DNA of 64,000 nt from Vicinamibacterales bacterium (GCA_044347565.1 JBIKUN010000006.1:415-64414), one strand, 5' to 3'; shown: positions 1 to 9,662, counted from the first letter of the stretch. Program-made: numbers and translations. The notes: a model not told the origin generated them from the letters alone.

Positions 1-1247
1 TGGCGCGGTTCCGCCTCGTCGTGCCGCTGCTCGCCGAACACAAGCCGCTCCCCCGCGTCCCCGGTCACGAAGAAGGACGCGCGCGTCGGATGCAGCACGG
101 CGAAGAGCCGATCGACCACCTTGGCCGCGAGGTCTGTCGTGCCGGCAGCGCTCAAGAGGACCTGCAGGACGTCCCACAGCAGCCCCATGTTGCGGTAGTC
201 CTTGTCGGTGTGGCCGGTGAAGATGCCGAGCAGGCGGTCGGTGGACGGCCCGCCGGCATCACCGGCCGCGTCGTGCCACAACACCGCCTCCTCGCCGTTC
301 TTCTGGCGCGCCACGCCGAGTGCCTCATTGGCGCGCTTCAGCAGATCGAGCGGCTCGAGGCCATCGGCCTCGGCGGCCTCGCACGCGACGATGCCGACGG
401 CGCAGTGCAGCCGCACGCTCTCCTGCAGGAAGGCGCGGCCGGCGACGTGATGTCGCACGCGCTCGGCGACGAGACGCGCCGCATCGGCGCCGACGTTGCC
501 GAGCGGCAGCGCGAAGATGGCGCCGCCGTAGCGCATGAGAACGTCGGAGCGGCGCAGCAGCACCTGCATCGTCTGCACGACTTCACGGATGAGGCCGTCG
601 CCGGCGCGGCGGCCGAACTGGTCGTTCACGGCCTCGAGGCCGAGCGGATTCACGAGCAGCAGCGCGCACGGCAGCCGGCGGCGCCGCGCCCGATCGAGGT
701 CGGCGCGCAGCACGCCCATCAGTTCGTGACGGCCCGGCAGGCCCGTGAGCGGATCGGTGAGGACCGAGTAGACACTGACGATGGTCGAGGCGAGCGCATG
801 CGCCACGGCGAGCATCGAGCCCGGGCCGGTCGCCATCACCGGCGGGGGCATGCGCAGCGCCACCCACCCCGCGGCCGGCGAGAGCCGCCGCTGGTCGGCG
901 CTTCGGCGCCGCGCGTGATTCACGCTCGGTCCGGCGCCACCAACACCCGCCCAGAGACTCGTGAGGAGCGGCGCGGCAATCAGCACGCCGTGGCCCCCGC
1001 GGCTCGGGATGAGGCCGTCGGCGCTCACCGGCACGCCGTTCCAGGCACCGGTCTCGAGCACCTCGGTCGCGAAGGCGTCCGCCGCCGCGGCAGACGCCAG
1101 CTCCGGCAGCGGCGGGCCGTCGCCCGCATGCACGAGCACGATCGGCGCGGCCGAATTCCAGGGCGTCGGCAGATACAGCGAGGCCGCCGTGGCCCCCGCC
1201 TGTTCCGCGAGATGTGCGAGCTGCGACGCCAGGCGTTTAGGTCCCAT
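1..1247 (-). CDS. GAF/GGDEF-domain signalling protein with a degenerate active site; the C-terminus runs off the left edge
   Basis: Absent from the ORF track because it leaves the window. Hand translation of the minus strand from ATG 1247..1245 gives MGPKRLASQLAHLAEQAG... It has the GGDEF-domain hallmarks DPLTGLPGR and I-site RRSD, with RYGGAIF in place of GG(D/E)EF, then a GAF-like segment (TGHTDKDYRNMGLLWDVLQ...). The listed + ORF 21..1292 is its antisense shadow. Confidence 0.8.
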   Translation of the reverse strand, partial: MGPKRLASQLAHLAEQAGATAASLYLPTPWNSAAPIVLVHAGDGPPLPELASAAAADAFATEVLETGAWNGVPVSADGLIPSRGGHGVLIAAPLLTSLWAGVGGAGPSVNHARRRSADQRRLSPAAGWVALRMPPPVMATGPGSMLAVAHALASTIVSVYSVLTDPLTGLPGRHELMGVLRADLDRARRRRLPCALLLVNPLGLEAVNDQFGRRAGDGLIREVVQTMQVLLRRSDVLMRYGGAIFALPLGNVGADAARLVAERVRHHVAGRAFLQESVRLHCAVGIVACEAAEADGLEPLDLLKRANEALGVARQKNGEEAVLWHDAAGDAGGPSTDRLLGIFTGHTDKDYRNMGLLWDVLQVLLSAAGTTDLAAKVVDRLFAVLHPTRASFFVTGDAGERLVFGEQRHDEAEPR

Positions 1248-1257
1248 CGTGTCCGTA

Positions 1258-1345
1258 GAATTTATCGGCGTCTTCTAGCCATAATATACTGACTCGTAGG
1301 GGTTTGCGCGTTTCTTCACGAACTGGCGCAACCGATAAATCGGCT
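1258..1345. promoter_or_regulatory. AT-rich divergent promoter region with inverted ATTTATCGG / CCGATAAAT motifs
   Basis: This is the only AT-rich stretch (CCATAATATACTGAC) between the divergent GGDEF and HD-GYP genes. ATTTATCGG at 1260..1268 is repeated as its reverse complement CCGATAAAT at 1332..1340, which lies inside the near-palindrome CCGATAAATCGG. No transcription start data. Confidence 0.3.
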
Positions 1346-1526
1346 GGCGCCGAGCAGCAATAACGGCGGCACCGTGGTTTGCCGGTTCACCCCTGACCGC
1401 CGCTGCCGGGGCGCCGTCGGCCCGCAGGCGAAACTGGGCCGGAAATCGCCGGTGGCCGCGCGTACCCCCTGGATCCCGTCCCTCCCCAAACATGGCGGAG
1501 AGTTTGCATCACGCCCGTCAGACGCC

Positions 1527-3491
1527 ATGTCGATGCCTGCCACCAACGCCGCGAGCCCCCCGCACGACACCCGGGTGCTCTCGCGCTATGTCGCGGCAGT
1601 CACGGCGCTCGGCCTCTTCACCATCGCGCAGTCGCTGACGACCTTGGTCACGATGCCGAAGCCGGCGGAGTGGATGCTCTTCTCCGGCCTGGCCATTGCC
1701 TTCGGCCGGCTGTCGCTGCGCGTGCCCGGCGTGCCCGTGCACGCGTCGATGGCCGACACGTTCCTCCTCACCTCGGCGGTCCTCTTCGGACCGGCGCCGG
1801 CCACGGTCGCCATGGCGGCCGACGGCTTCATCATGTCGTGGCGGCGCGGCCACAGCGCCGACCGCATGCTCTTCAACGCCGCCAACCCCGCCCTCTCGGT
1901 GTGGCTCGGCGCGCAGGCGTTCCTCGCGCTGCTCGGCCGTTCGCCGCTCGCAAGCGACGTAGTCTCGCTCGAAACGCTCGTCGGCCCGCTCGCCATCATG
2001 GCGGTCGTGCACTTCCTCGTGCACACCGGGATCACGGCCACGGCCGCCGCGCTCGAACGTGGCGGCCACCCGCTGGAGGTGTGGCGCAATCACTTCGCGA
2101 TGCTGGCGGTGAGCCAGGCGGCGTCGGCCTCGGCCGCCCTCATCCTCACGCTGCTCGCCCGCCAGGTCGGCGTGCTGGCGCTCGCCGCCGCCGCGCCGCT
2201 CGTCGTCATCGTCTATCTCGGCCTGCATTCGCGCTTCGGGCGCCTGGCTGATGCCGAACGCCACGTGAAGCAGGTGGACCGGCTCTACATGTCCACCATC
2301 CAGGCACTCTCGAGCGCCATCGACGCCAAGGACGGCGTGACGAGCAGCCACATCCGCCGCGTGCAGACCTATTCGGTGGCGCTGGCCCGCGCCCTCGGCG
2401 TCTCGGTGCCCGATGAAGTGAAGGCCATCGAAGCCGCGGCCCTGCTGCACGACACCGGCAAGCTGGCCGTGCCCGAACATATCCTGAACAAGCCCGGCAA
2501 GCTCACCGCCGCCGAGTTCGAGGCGATGAAGCTGCACGTCGACGTCGGCGCCGACATCCTCTCGTCGATCGAGTTCCCGTATCCGGTCGTGCCGATCGTG
2601 CGCGCCCACCACGAGAACTGGGACGGGAGCGGCTATCCGCGCGGCCTCAAGGGCGAGGACATTCCAGTCGGCGCCCGCATCCTCTCGGTCGTGGACTGCT
2701 ACGACGCGCTCACCTCGGACCGCCCGTACCGCCCGGCGATGACGCAGGAGCAGGCGACGGCCATCGTCGTCGAACGCCGCGGCTCGATGTACGACCCGCG
2801 CGTCGTCGACACGTTCCTCGAACTGCTGCCCTCGCTCGGCAAGGTGGTCGAGGCCGAACCGAACCTCGGCCGCGCCATGCACAAGCTCGCGGCCGCGCGT
2901 GATGCCGCCGCCACCGCGGCCCCGGCCGCGCCGCCGGCTGCCGCCCAGGCGCCGGTGCTGCTGGCGCCGCAGACCGCCCTCGAGAGCGTATCGCGCCTGC
3001 TCGCCGGTCCGCCGCGGGTGGCCGACGTCGCCGGCCTCATCGCCCTCGACCTCAAGGCGATGTCGCCATCCACCGAGTTCGTCTTCTACATCACCTCGCC
3101 CGGCGCCGAACGCCTGGTGGCGGAGTACGCGACGCGCGAACACCCCGGCGGCACCGGCTACGACGCCATCTCGCTCGGCGAACGCGTGAGCGGCTGGGTC
3201 GCGGCCAACCGCCAGCAGATCATCAACTCGGATGCCCGGCTCGACCTCGGCACGTCGGCGACGATGACGACGCTGCGCTACTGCGTGGCGACGCCGCTCG
3301 TCGACGACGGCCACACGACGGGCGTGCTGGCCGCCTACAGCGACACGCCGCTCGCCGCCGAAGTGGCGCATCAGCTCGCGCTCATCGCCCCGCAGCTGGC
3401 CGCCGCGCTCGCCCGCGCCTCCGGCGTGCCGCTGCGTCCGGCCAAGGCGCCCCTGTCGCGGCCGAGCCTGCGCGTCGCCGCCAGCCGCTGA
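1527..3491 (+). CDS. Membrane-anchored HD-GYP domain c-di-GMP phosphodiesterase with C-terminal GAF-like domain
   Basis: ORF 1374..3491 trimmed to ATG 1527 (MSMPATNAAS...). Multiple hydrophobic helices in the N-terminal half. HD-GYP motifs HDTGKLAVP and HHENWDGSGYPRGL. The C-terminal region looks GAF-like. Confidence 0.85.
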   Translation: MSMPATNAASPPHDTRVLSRYVAAVTALGLFTIAQSLTTLVTMPKPAEWMLFSGLAIAFGRLSLRVPGVPVHASMADTFLLTSAVLFGPAPATVAMAADGFIMSWRRGHSADRMLFNAANPALSVWLGAQAFLALLGRSPLASDVVSLETLVGPLAIMAVVHFLVHTGITATAAALERGGHPLEVWRNHFAMLAVSQAASASAALILTLLARQVGVLALAAAAPLVVIVYLGLHSRFGRLADAERHVKQVDRLYMSTIQALSSAIDAKDGVTSSHIRRVQTYSVALARALGVSVPDEVKAIEAAALLHDTGKLAVPEHILNKPGKLTAAEFEAMKLHVDVGADILSSIEFPYPVVPIVRAHHENWDGSGYPRGLKGEDIPVGARILSVVDCYDALTSDRPYRPAMTQEQATAIVVERRGSMYDPRVVDTFLELLPSLGKVVEAEPNLGRAMHKLAAARDAAATAAPAAPPAAAQAPVLLAPQTALESVSRLLAGPPRVADVAGLIALDLKAMSPSTEFVFYITSPGAERLVAEYATREHPGGTGYDAISLGERVSGWVAANRQQIINSDARLDLGTSATMTTLRYCVATPLVDDGHTTGVLAAYSDTPLAAEVAHQLALIAPQLAAALARASGVPLRPAKAPLSRPSLRVAASR

Positions 3492-3517
3492 CGCGGCCCC
3501 GCGGCCGCCGCCTCACC

Positions 3518-4882
3518 TCAGCCTTTCGCCATCGCCGCGCGCGCCGACGCCAGCACCGCCGGAATCGTGTCGGCAATGATGTCGACGATGCGGTCGAGTT
3601 CGGCGTCGGTCGTCACGAGCGGCGGCGCGATGCAGATGCAGTCCATCACCGCGCGTGTGTAGAGGCCGCGTTCGAGCATGCCGTCCATGAGCTTCTGACT
3701 CACGCCGAGCGCCGGCGGGAAGAGCTGCTTCGTGGCCGGGTCGGCCACGACTTCGACGGCGCCCATGAGGCCGAGGGCGCGCACGTGGCCGACACCGTCC
3801 ATCGACGCGAGTGCCGTCAGCTTCTCGTGCAGCCGCGCGCCGCTCGTCTTCGCGCGTTCGACCAGCCCTTCGCGTTCCATCACGTCAAGATTGGCGAGCG
3901 CCACCGCGCAGCAGGTGGGATGGCCCGAGTAGGTGAAGGCGTGCATCCACCGCTGTCCGGGCCCCACGCCGTTGATGACGGCACGGACGCGGTCAGACAC
4001 GCCGATGCCGCCAAGCGGCACGTAGCCGCTCGTGATGCCCTTGGCGAACTGCATGATGTCGGGCTCGACGCCGTAGTGCTGGAGGCCGAACCACGTGCCG
4101 GTGCGGCCGAAGCCGGTGATGACGTCATCGGCGATGAGCAGCACGTCGTACTGGTCGCAGATCGCGCGGATGCGCGGGAAGTAGTCGGGCGGCGGCACGA
4201 TGACGCCGCCGGCCCCCTGCACGGGCTCGGCGATGAAGGCGGCGACGGTGTCGGGGCCTTCGCGCAGAATGGCCTCTTCGAGCCTGTTGGCCGCGGCCAC
4301 GCCCAGGCTCACGCTCGTGTCGGTGTGGGCGAAGCGGTACGGGTCGGGCGCCTCGATGTGGCTGAAGCCGGGCGTGCGCGGCTCGAACATCGGCCAGAAG
4401 GCCGGCAGCCCCGTGGCGCTCATCGCCGCGAGCGTCAGCCCGTGATACGCACGCTGCCGCGAGATCACCTTGATTTTGCCGGGCTTGCCCAGCGCCTTCC
4501 AGTAGAAGCGCGCCGTCTTGAAGGAACTCTCGGACGACTCGGCGCCGCCGCTCGTGAAGAAGAACGTGTTGATCGACGGATACGCCAGGCCGCTCAGGCG
4601 CTCGGCGAGCCGGATCGCCTGTTCGTTCGTACCGCCCGCGTAGGCGGAATGGAACGCCAGCGTGGACATCTGCTGCTGGGCGGCGTCGGCGAGTTCCCGG
4701 CGGCCGTGGCCGATGTTGACGTTCCACAGGCCAGAGAGGCCGTCGAGGTACTCGCGCCCCGTGCCGTCGGTGATGCGGGCGCCCTCCCCCTTCACCCACA
4801 CCCGCGTGCCGGCGTACGCCGAGGGGTGATGGAGCGGATGCATCAGATGGGCCTGGTCGGTCGCAAGCGGCGTCGTGGACAT
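3518..4882 (-). CDS. Class III (omega-type) pyridoxal-phosphate aminotransferase
   Basis: 454-aa ORF with a typical class III aminotransferase N-terminus (GEGARITDGTGREYLDGLSGLWNVNIGHGRRELADAA) and the IADDVITGFGRTG motif region. Confidence 0.85.
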   Translation of the reverse strand: MSTTPLATDQAHLMHPLHHPSAYAGTRVWVKGEGARITDGTGREYLDGLSGLWNVNIGHGRRELADAAQQQMSTLAFHSAYAGGTNEQAIRLAERLSGLAYPSINTFFFTSGGAESSESSFKTARFYWKALGKPGKIKVISRQRAYHGLTLAAMSATGLPAFWPMFEPRTPGFSHIEAPDPYRFAHTDTSVSLGVAAANRLEEAILREGPDTVAAFIAEPVQGAGGVIVPPPDYFPRIRAICDQYDVLLIADDVITGFGRTGTWFGLQHYGVEPDIMQFAKGITSGYVPLGGIGVSDRVRAVINGVGPGQRWMHAFTYSGHPTCCAVALANLDVMEREGLVERAKTSGARLHEKLTALASMDGVGHVRALGLMGAVEVVADPATKQLFPPALGVSQKLMDGMLERGLYTRAVMDCICIAPPLVTTDAELDRIVDIIADTIPAVLASARAAMAKG

Positions 4883-5035
4883 GGGGTGACATGCTACGCG
4901 CTGGCAGCGGCGCCGGGCAACGGCGGGCCGGGCGCCCTCTGCCGCTCGACCGGCGTCAGGCGCCGTCCGACCGGCGACTTCGGCCCTTCATGCAGCCGCA
5001 CGAAACACCGGGCGGGCCGTCGCGTCTACTGAGGC

Positions 5036-5452
5036 ATGACTCTGCAGCCGCTCCTCGACGCGCCCGTGGCGGTCATCGTCCATGTCGTCACCGTGGTGCC
5101 GGCCTTCTTCCTCGGCACCTGGCTGCTCTTCCTGAGCACGAAGGGCTCGCCCTACCACCGCCTCGCCGGCAAGGTCTACCTCACGCTCATGGCGGTGACG
5201 GCGTTTGCCGCGATCTTCATCCGCTCGTTCGCCGGCTGGAGCGTGAGCATCGGCCCGCTGAAGCTGGGCCTCATCCACCTGTTCATCCTGCTGACGTATC
5301 AGGGCATCTGGCGCACACTGCGCGCCATCAAGGCGGGGAATCTCGCCGCGCATCAGGCCTCGATGCGCGGGATGTACTTCGGCGCGCTCATCATCGCCGG
5401 GCTGCTCGCGTTCGCGCCCGGGCGGGTGATGTACCGGATGTTTCTGGGCTAG
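5036..5452 (+). CDS. Small integral membrane protein (DUF2306-like)
   Basis: 138-aa ORF with four hydrophobic helices and good GC3 codon usage. The family assignment is from memory of DUF2306-type sequences. Confidence 0.6.
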   Translation: MTLQPLLDAPVAVIVHVVTVVPAFFLGTWLLFLSTKGSPYHRLAGKVYLTLMAVTAFAAIFIRSFAGWSVSIGPLKLGLIHLFILLTYQGIWRTLRAIKAGNLAAHQASMRGMYFGALIIAGLLAFAPGRVMYRMFLG

Positions 5453-5466
5453 CCGCGCCGGCGCCG

Positions 5467-6549
5467 TCAGTCGGCCGCCGGCACGCTCAGCACGAGACGG
5501 CTGCCGCCGCCCTCGAGCGGCGAGACGTCCAGGCCGCCGCCGTGCGCGCGCGCGATCTTCCGCGCCGCCGCCAGCAGCATCGCGCCGGACGCGCCGGCCG
5601 GATGGTCCGCCCAGTCGGCATCGAAGAAACGCGGGTAGGCCGATGCCGGCAGCCGCACCGCCGACTGGCACACCTCGATCGTGCGCGTCGCCGCCTCGCG
5701 GCGCGGACCGAGCGCCACGCTGACCTTGCGCCCATCGCCGCGATCTTCGATGAGGGCGCGCACGGCCGCGAGCATCGCGCCCAGGGCCGTCGTGAGCAGC
5801 CGTTCGTCACCGAAGACGTGGCACTGCCCAGGCGGCACCGCCATCGCGGCGGCGCCGCCGCTCAGGCGATTCTCGGGGCCGAAGGCCTCGAACACCTGGC
5901 CGAGCAGCCGCAGCAGATCGACTTCGTCGAGGGCCGGCAGCGGCTCCACCTGCAGCACGACGGCGGCATCCGCAAGCCAGCGCCCGCGCGTGGCTTCGGC
6001 GCGCGCGAGCTCGATGGCCACGCGGTCGCGCAGCGAACGGCCGCGCAGCGGCACATCGCGCAGGGCGGCCTGGATGGCGTCGAAGGCATCGGCCAGCGCC
6101 GTGGCCGCCACGGTGAGCGACGCGGCCGTGGCCGTCGGTTCGACCGCGGGAACGGGCGGCGCGGGCACGGACGGCAGCGCGGCGACCGCGGCCGGCGATG
6201 TCACGGGGGCCGCCACCACGGGCTCGAAGCCGGCGAGGGACCGGTCGACCAGCGCCTCGACGTAGTGTGGCTCGGCGCGCATGCGATACGAAGGCGGCAG
6301 CCCTTCGCGTCCCCGCGGCGGCGGTGCCGCACTCAGGTCGGGGTCGGCATCGTCATCGCTGTCGCGGTCGCGCTCGACCACGATGTCGCCATCGTCATCG
6401 TCGAGATCGCCATCGACGTCGACATCGTCGCCGCCGGTCTGCGCGGCGTTGAGCGGGAGCGCGGCGTCGTCAGTCACACGAACAAACGGGGGCACGTAGG
6501 CAGGGGATTCAGACACTGAAGGGAGCCTCGGTTCAAAAAACCGCGACAA
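5467..6549 (-). CDS. Hypothetical protein with poly-acidic N-terminal tract and degenerate histidine-kinase-like ATPase C-terminus
   Basis: 360-aa ORF. The C-terminus ARKIARAHGGGLDVSPLEGGGSRLVLSVP resembles the G2-box end of HATPase_c. The N-terminus carries DDVDVDGDLDDDDGDIVVERDRDSDDDADPD. The listed TTG start at 6549 sits in low-GC3 codons, so GTG 6516 (GAGG 9 nt upstream) or GTG 6477 may be the real start. Confidence 0.6.
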   Translation of the reverse strand: MSRFFEPRLPSVSESPAYVPPFVRVTDDAALPLNAAQTGGDDVDVDGDLDDDDGDIVVERDRDSDDDADPDLSAAPPPRGREGLPPSYRMRAEPHYVEALVDRSLAGFEPVVAAPVTSPAAVAALPSVPAPPVPAVEPTATAASLTVAATALADAFDAIQAALRDVPLRGRSLRDRVAIELARAEATRGRWLADAAVVLQVEPLPALDEVDLLRLLGQVFEAFGPENRLSGGAAAMAVPPGQCHVFGDERLLTTALGAMLAAVRALIEDRGDGRKVSVALGPRREAATRTIEVCQSAVRLPASAYPRFFDADWADHPAGASGAMLLAAARKIARAHGGGLDVSPLEGGGSRLVLSVPAAD

Positions 6550-6551
6550 GT

Positions 6552-7970
6552 TTACATCAGCGGTGCGCGAATTCCGCGGCCCGGACGGGCGTTCGTGAGG
6601 CGCCCCCCCTCGACGACGAGCTGACCTCCGACGATCACGTAGGGAATGCCGGCGGATGGCAGCGTGGCATCCTCGTAAGTGGCCCGATCGATCACGGTCG
6701 CGGGGTCGAACACCGTGAAGTCTGCATCGGCCCCGACTTTCACCCGCCCCTTGGCAGACATCGCCGGCACGCGGCCTTCGAGCCGGCGCGCCGGCATCAG
6801 CGTCATCCGGGCGAGCGCGTCCATGAGCGGCAGCGCGCGTTCCTCGCGCACGTACTTCCCGAGCACCTTCGCGAACGTGCCTGATGTGCGCGGATGGCCC
6901 TTGCCGTTCTCGATGAATCCATCACTCGCGATCATCGAGAGCGGACTCACGATGGCCGCCCTCGTCTGCGCCTCGCTGCGGCCGTGGATGATGACCGTAC
7001 CGCCTGCGGCACGCGCCGTCTCGAACGTCTTCCGCGTCAGCCGTTCACCGGTGCGCACGAGCTGATGCAGGCCGAACCTCTCGTCGGGCCAGGTTTTCCA
7101 GTCGTCGAAGAGCGCCGACTCGATCTCCGTCATGCCGGCGCCGTAGGGATACGCCTCGGTGGTCACGTCCTGTCCGGCCTCGCGCGCCGCCTGGATGGCG
7201 GCGAGGAACTGGTCGATCTGGTCGCCGGCGACCGAGTTGACGTGCACGATGTGCAGGCGGGCGCCAGCGGCCTTCGCCGCGGCGATGGTCTCCTGCAGAC
7301 CGGAGATGTCGCCGCGCATGTGGATGTGCACGGAGGCATTGGCGGCGGCCGCGACGCGGAACATGCGCTCGAACTCCGACATCGGCGCGCCGGGCGTGTA
7401 GGCGCTGCCGAACCCGACCGCGACGGCGCCGTCCTTCAGCCCCTGGCGGATCGCGGCCTCCATCTGCTGGAGCTGCGCCTCGGTCGCCACCGCGCTCGCC
7501 CCGACGCCCGCCGGCATCAAGCCCGCGCCCGGATCGCCGAGCGCCGTCTTGCGCGCCGGGATGTGGCCGGCGGCCACGCCGAAGTTCACGCGCTGTCCGG
7601 CCGTGCGCGCGTCGTACCAGCCGGCGACGTCGCCGGTGCCGACCTCGAGCTCGAAGGCCGAGGTCACGCCGTCGCGCACCATCATCGCGTAGGAGTCGTC
7701 CTGCTGCCCGTGCTCGTGCAGGTCGATGAACCCCGGCGCCACCACGTGGTTCGCCGCGTCCACGACGCGCGTGCCCTGCAGCGGCGACTCCGAAATCGCC
7801 TCGATGCGGCCGCCGCGCACGCCGACGTGGCGCACGGCGTCGAGGCCCGACTCCGGGTCCATCACCCGCCCGTTGGCGATGACGAGGTCATAGGTGGGCA
7901 TTGGCGGCACCGGCGCCGAACAGCCGGCGATCCCGAGCAGTGCGCCGAGCGCTATCGCACGCATGTTCAT
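6552..7970 (-). CDS. Amidohydrolase-family lipoprotein (D-aminoacylase-like)
   Basis: Lipobox LGIAGC in MNMRAIALGALLGIAGCSAP. Metal-binding signature PGFIDLHEHG. N-terminal YDLVIANGRVMDP is typical of D-aminoacylase-type amidohydrolases. Confidence 0.8.
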   Translation of the reverse strand: MNMRAIALGALLGIAGCSAPVPPMPTYDLVIANGRVMDPESGLDAVRHVGVRGGRIEAISESPLQGTRVVDAANHVVAPGFIDLHEHGQQDDSYAMMVRDGVTSAFELEVGTGDVAGWYDARTAGQRVNFGVAAGHIPARKTALGDPGAGLMPAGVGASAVATEAQLQQMEAAIRQGLKDGAVAVGFGSAYTPGAPMSEFERMFRVAAAANASVHIHMRGDISGLQETIAAAKAAGARLHIVHVNSVAGDQIDQFLAAIQAAREAGQDVTTEAYPYGAGMTEIESALFDDWKTWPDERFGLHQLVRTGERLTRKTFETARAAGGTVIIHGRSEAQTRAAIVSPLSMIASDGFIENGKGHPRTSGTFAKVLGKYVREERALPLMDALARMTLMPARRLEGRVPAMSAKGRVKVGADADFTVFDPATVIDRATYEDATLPSAGIPYVIVGGQLVVEGGRLTNARPGRGIRAPLM

Positions 7971-8018
7971 GATGTTCCCCCGAGCCCCGAGTCCGGGGCC
8001 CCGGCAAGCGCCCGCGCG

Positions 8019-9428
8019 TCACTTCGCGCGGGCGAGATCCATGACGACGTCGAACTGGAAACGCACGAAGCGATGCAGCTCCTCGAGGAGGATGCGTTCC
8101 TGATCGCTGTGCGCGCCGAAGCCCTTCTGCCCGTCTTCGCTGTCGAGGGCCGGGCCGATGCCGTAGCACTGCGGCCCCTTGGCGCGGATGTTCGACATGT
8201 CGGTCGCGCCGGTGCCCATGGTGGGCAGGGCGACGGTGTCGTAGTGCTTCTTGATCTGCGCCTCGATCGCCGTGAAGGCCTCGGTATTCAGGCGCGAGCC
8301 GCCGGCCGGGCGATACCGGTCGCGCGCCCAGCGCACCTCGACCTTCGGGTCGTTGATGACCTTGCGCACCAGGTCGAGGAACTTGTCCTGGTCTTCGTCG
8401 GGATGCAGGCGCACGTCGAAGGTGGCCTTCGCTTCCGAGGGAATCACGTTGTAGCGGAAGCCGGTCGCCATGATGGTCGGCACGAGCGACGTGTGCGTCA
8501 TCGACCAGTGCTGCGGTTCGTTCACGAGCATCCAGTCTTCGGCCGGGCCGTGCACCTTCGGGTCGGGGTGGAGCAGGTCGCGGTACTTCTGCGCCACGGC
8601 CGGTTCGACCATCGTCGTCAGCCGCTTGAAGTACGACGCGGTGGTTTCATTGAGGCGCAGCGGCGGTTTCCACGCCCCCACTTTCCCCACCGCGGCCGCC
8701 ACGCCGAGTACCGCGCTGTTCTGGTTCGGCACCGAGCCGTGACCGGCCGGACCGGTCACGATGATCTCGACCGGGCGCGGTTCCTTCTCGGTCGTGCCGA
8801 CGTTCGCCTGCACCACCTTGCCGCCGCGGCGCACGACGCCACCGCCTTCGGCGAGACAGAACTCGGCGTCGATGGCGTCGAAGTGATTGTCAGCCATGAA
8901 CTGCGCGCCGACGTCTGGCGCGCCTTCTTCGCCGGATTCGGCGAGCAGGATCACGTCGCGGTCGAGCGCCGCCTTCGTGCGGTGGAGCTGCAGGATGAGC
9001 ATCAGCCCGGCCACCAGGTTGTCCTTGTCGTCGACCGTGCCGCGGCCGTAGACGTAGCCGCCGTCGACCGTCGCGCCGAAGGGCGGGAACGTCCACTTCT
9101 TCGGGTCCACGGTGACGACGTCGGTGTGGCCCATGATGAGGACCGGCTTCTTCTTTCCGTTGCCCGTGATGCGCACGACGAGGTTCGGGCGCTGCGGGTC
9201 CTTCGCGAAGACCTGATACGGGATGCCCTCGGCATCGAGCACCTGCTTCAGGTACTCCACGGCGCGGATCTCGTTGCCCGGAGGGCTGCTCGTGTCCTGG
9301 CGCAGCAGCGCCTGGAAGTGCTTCAGGGTTTCGGCTTCGAAGGCGGCGGTGCCGGGCCCGCTCTGCGCGTGCGGCAGCGCGGCGGCGCCGAGGATGGCGA
9401 GGGCGACGAGCGTCAGACGTCGGAACAT
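8019..9428 (-). CDS. Secreted M20/M25/M40-family metallopeptidase
   Basis: Signal peptide MFRRLTLVALAILGAAALPHAQS. M20 motifs IMGHTDVVTVDP and YGRGTVDDKDN. Confidence 0.85.
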   Translation of the reverse strand: MFRRLTLVALAILGAAALPHAQSGPGTAAFEAETLKHFQALLRQDTSSPPGNEIRAVEYLKQVLDAEGIPYQVFAKDPQRPNLVVRITGNGKKKPVLIMGHTDVVTVDPKKWTFPPFGATVDGGYVYGRGTVDDKDNLVAGLMLILQLHRTKAALDRDVILLAESGEEGAPDVGAQFMADNHFDAIDAEFCLAEGGGVVRRGGKVVQANVGTTEKEPRPVEIIVTGPAGHGSVPNQNSAVLGVAAAVGKVGAWKPPLRLNETTASYFKRLTTMVEPAVAQKYRDLLHPDPKVHGPAEDWMLVNEPQHWSMTHTSLVPTIMATGFRYNVIPSEAKATFDVRLHPDEDQDKFLDLVRKVINDPKVEVRWARDRYRPAGGSRLNTEAFTAIEAQIKKHYDTVALPTMGTGATDMSNIRAKGPQCYGIGPALDSEDGQKGFGAHSDQERILLEELHRFVRFQFDVVMDLARAK

Positions 9429-9437
9429 GCCGACATA

Positions 9438-9662
9438 CTACACGCGGCGCGGCGGGATGGCAGGGCCGGCGGCCGGGCCGTCAGGCGCTGGCCGAGGCGC
9501 CACGAACCGCACGGTGTCGTGCAGGTGGGTGTAGACGGCGATGCACATGATGAACGGCAGCGCCATGCGGAAGAACTCGGCGACATGCCGCGCACGCGAG
9601 GCCGAGGGGGCGCGGTGCAGATAGCGATGGACCCAGACCACGACGGCCGCCAGCACGACCAC
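9438..9662 (-). CDS. Possible small two-helix membrane protein upstream of the M20 peptidase gene
   Basis: 74-aa GTG-start ORF (VVLAAVVVWVHRYL...FFRMALPFIMCIAVYTHLH). The first ~55 codons show strong GC3 bias, which is lost upstream of the GTG. It stops 9 nt before the M20 start. No recognisable family. Confidence 0.3.
   Translation of the reverse strand: MVVLAAVVVWVHRYLHRAPSASRARHVAEFFRMALPFIMCIAVYTHLHDTVRFVAPRPAPDGPAAGPAIPPRRV

Noticed and set aside
3491-3518. Short GC hairpin GCGGCC-CCGC-GGCCGC between the convergent HD-GYP and aminotransferase genes, as a bidirectional terminator
   Set aside because: The stem is only 6 bp and there is no U/A tract on either side. It cannot be distinguished from background GC-rich self-complementarity.
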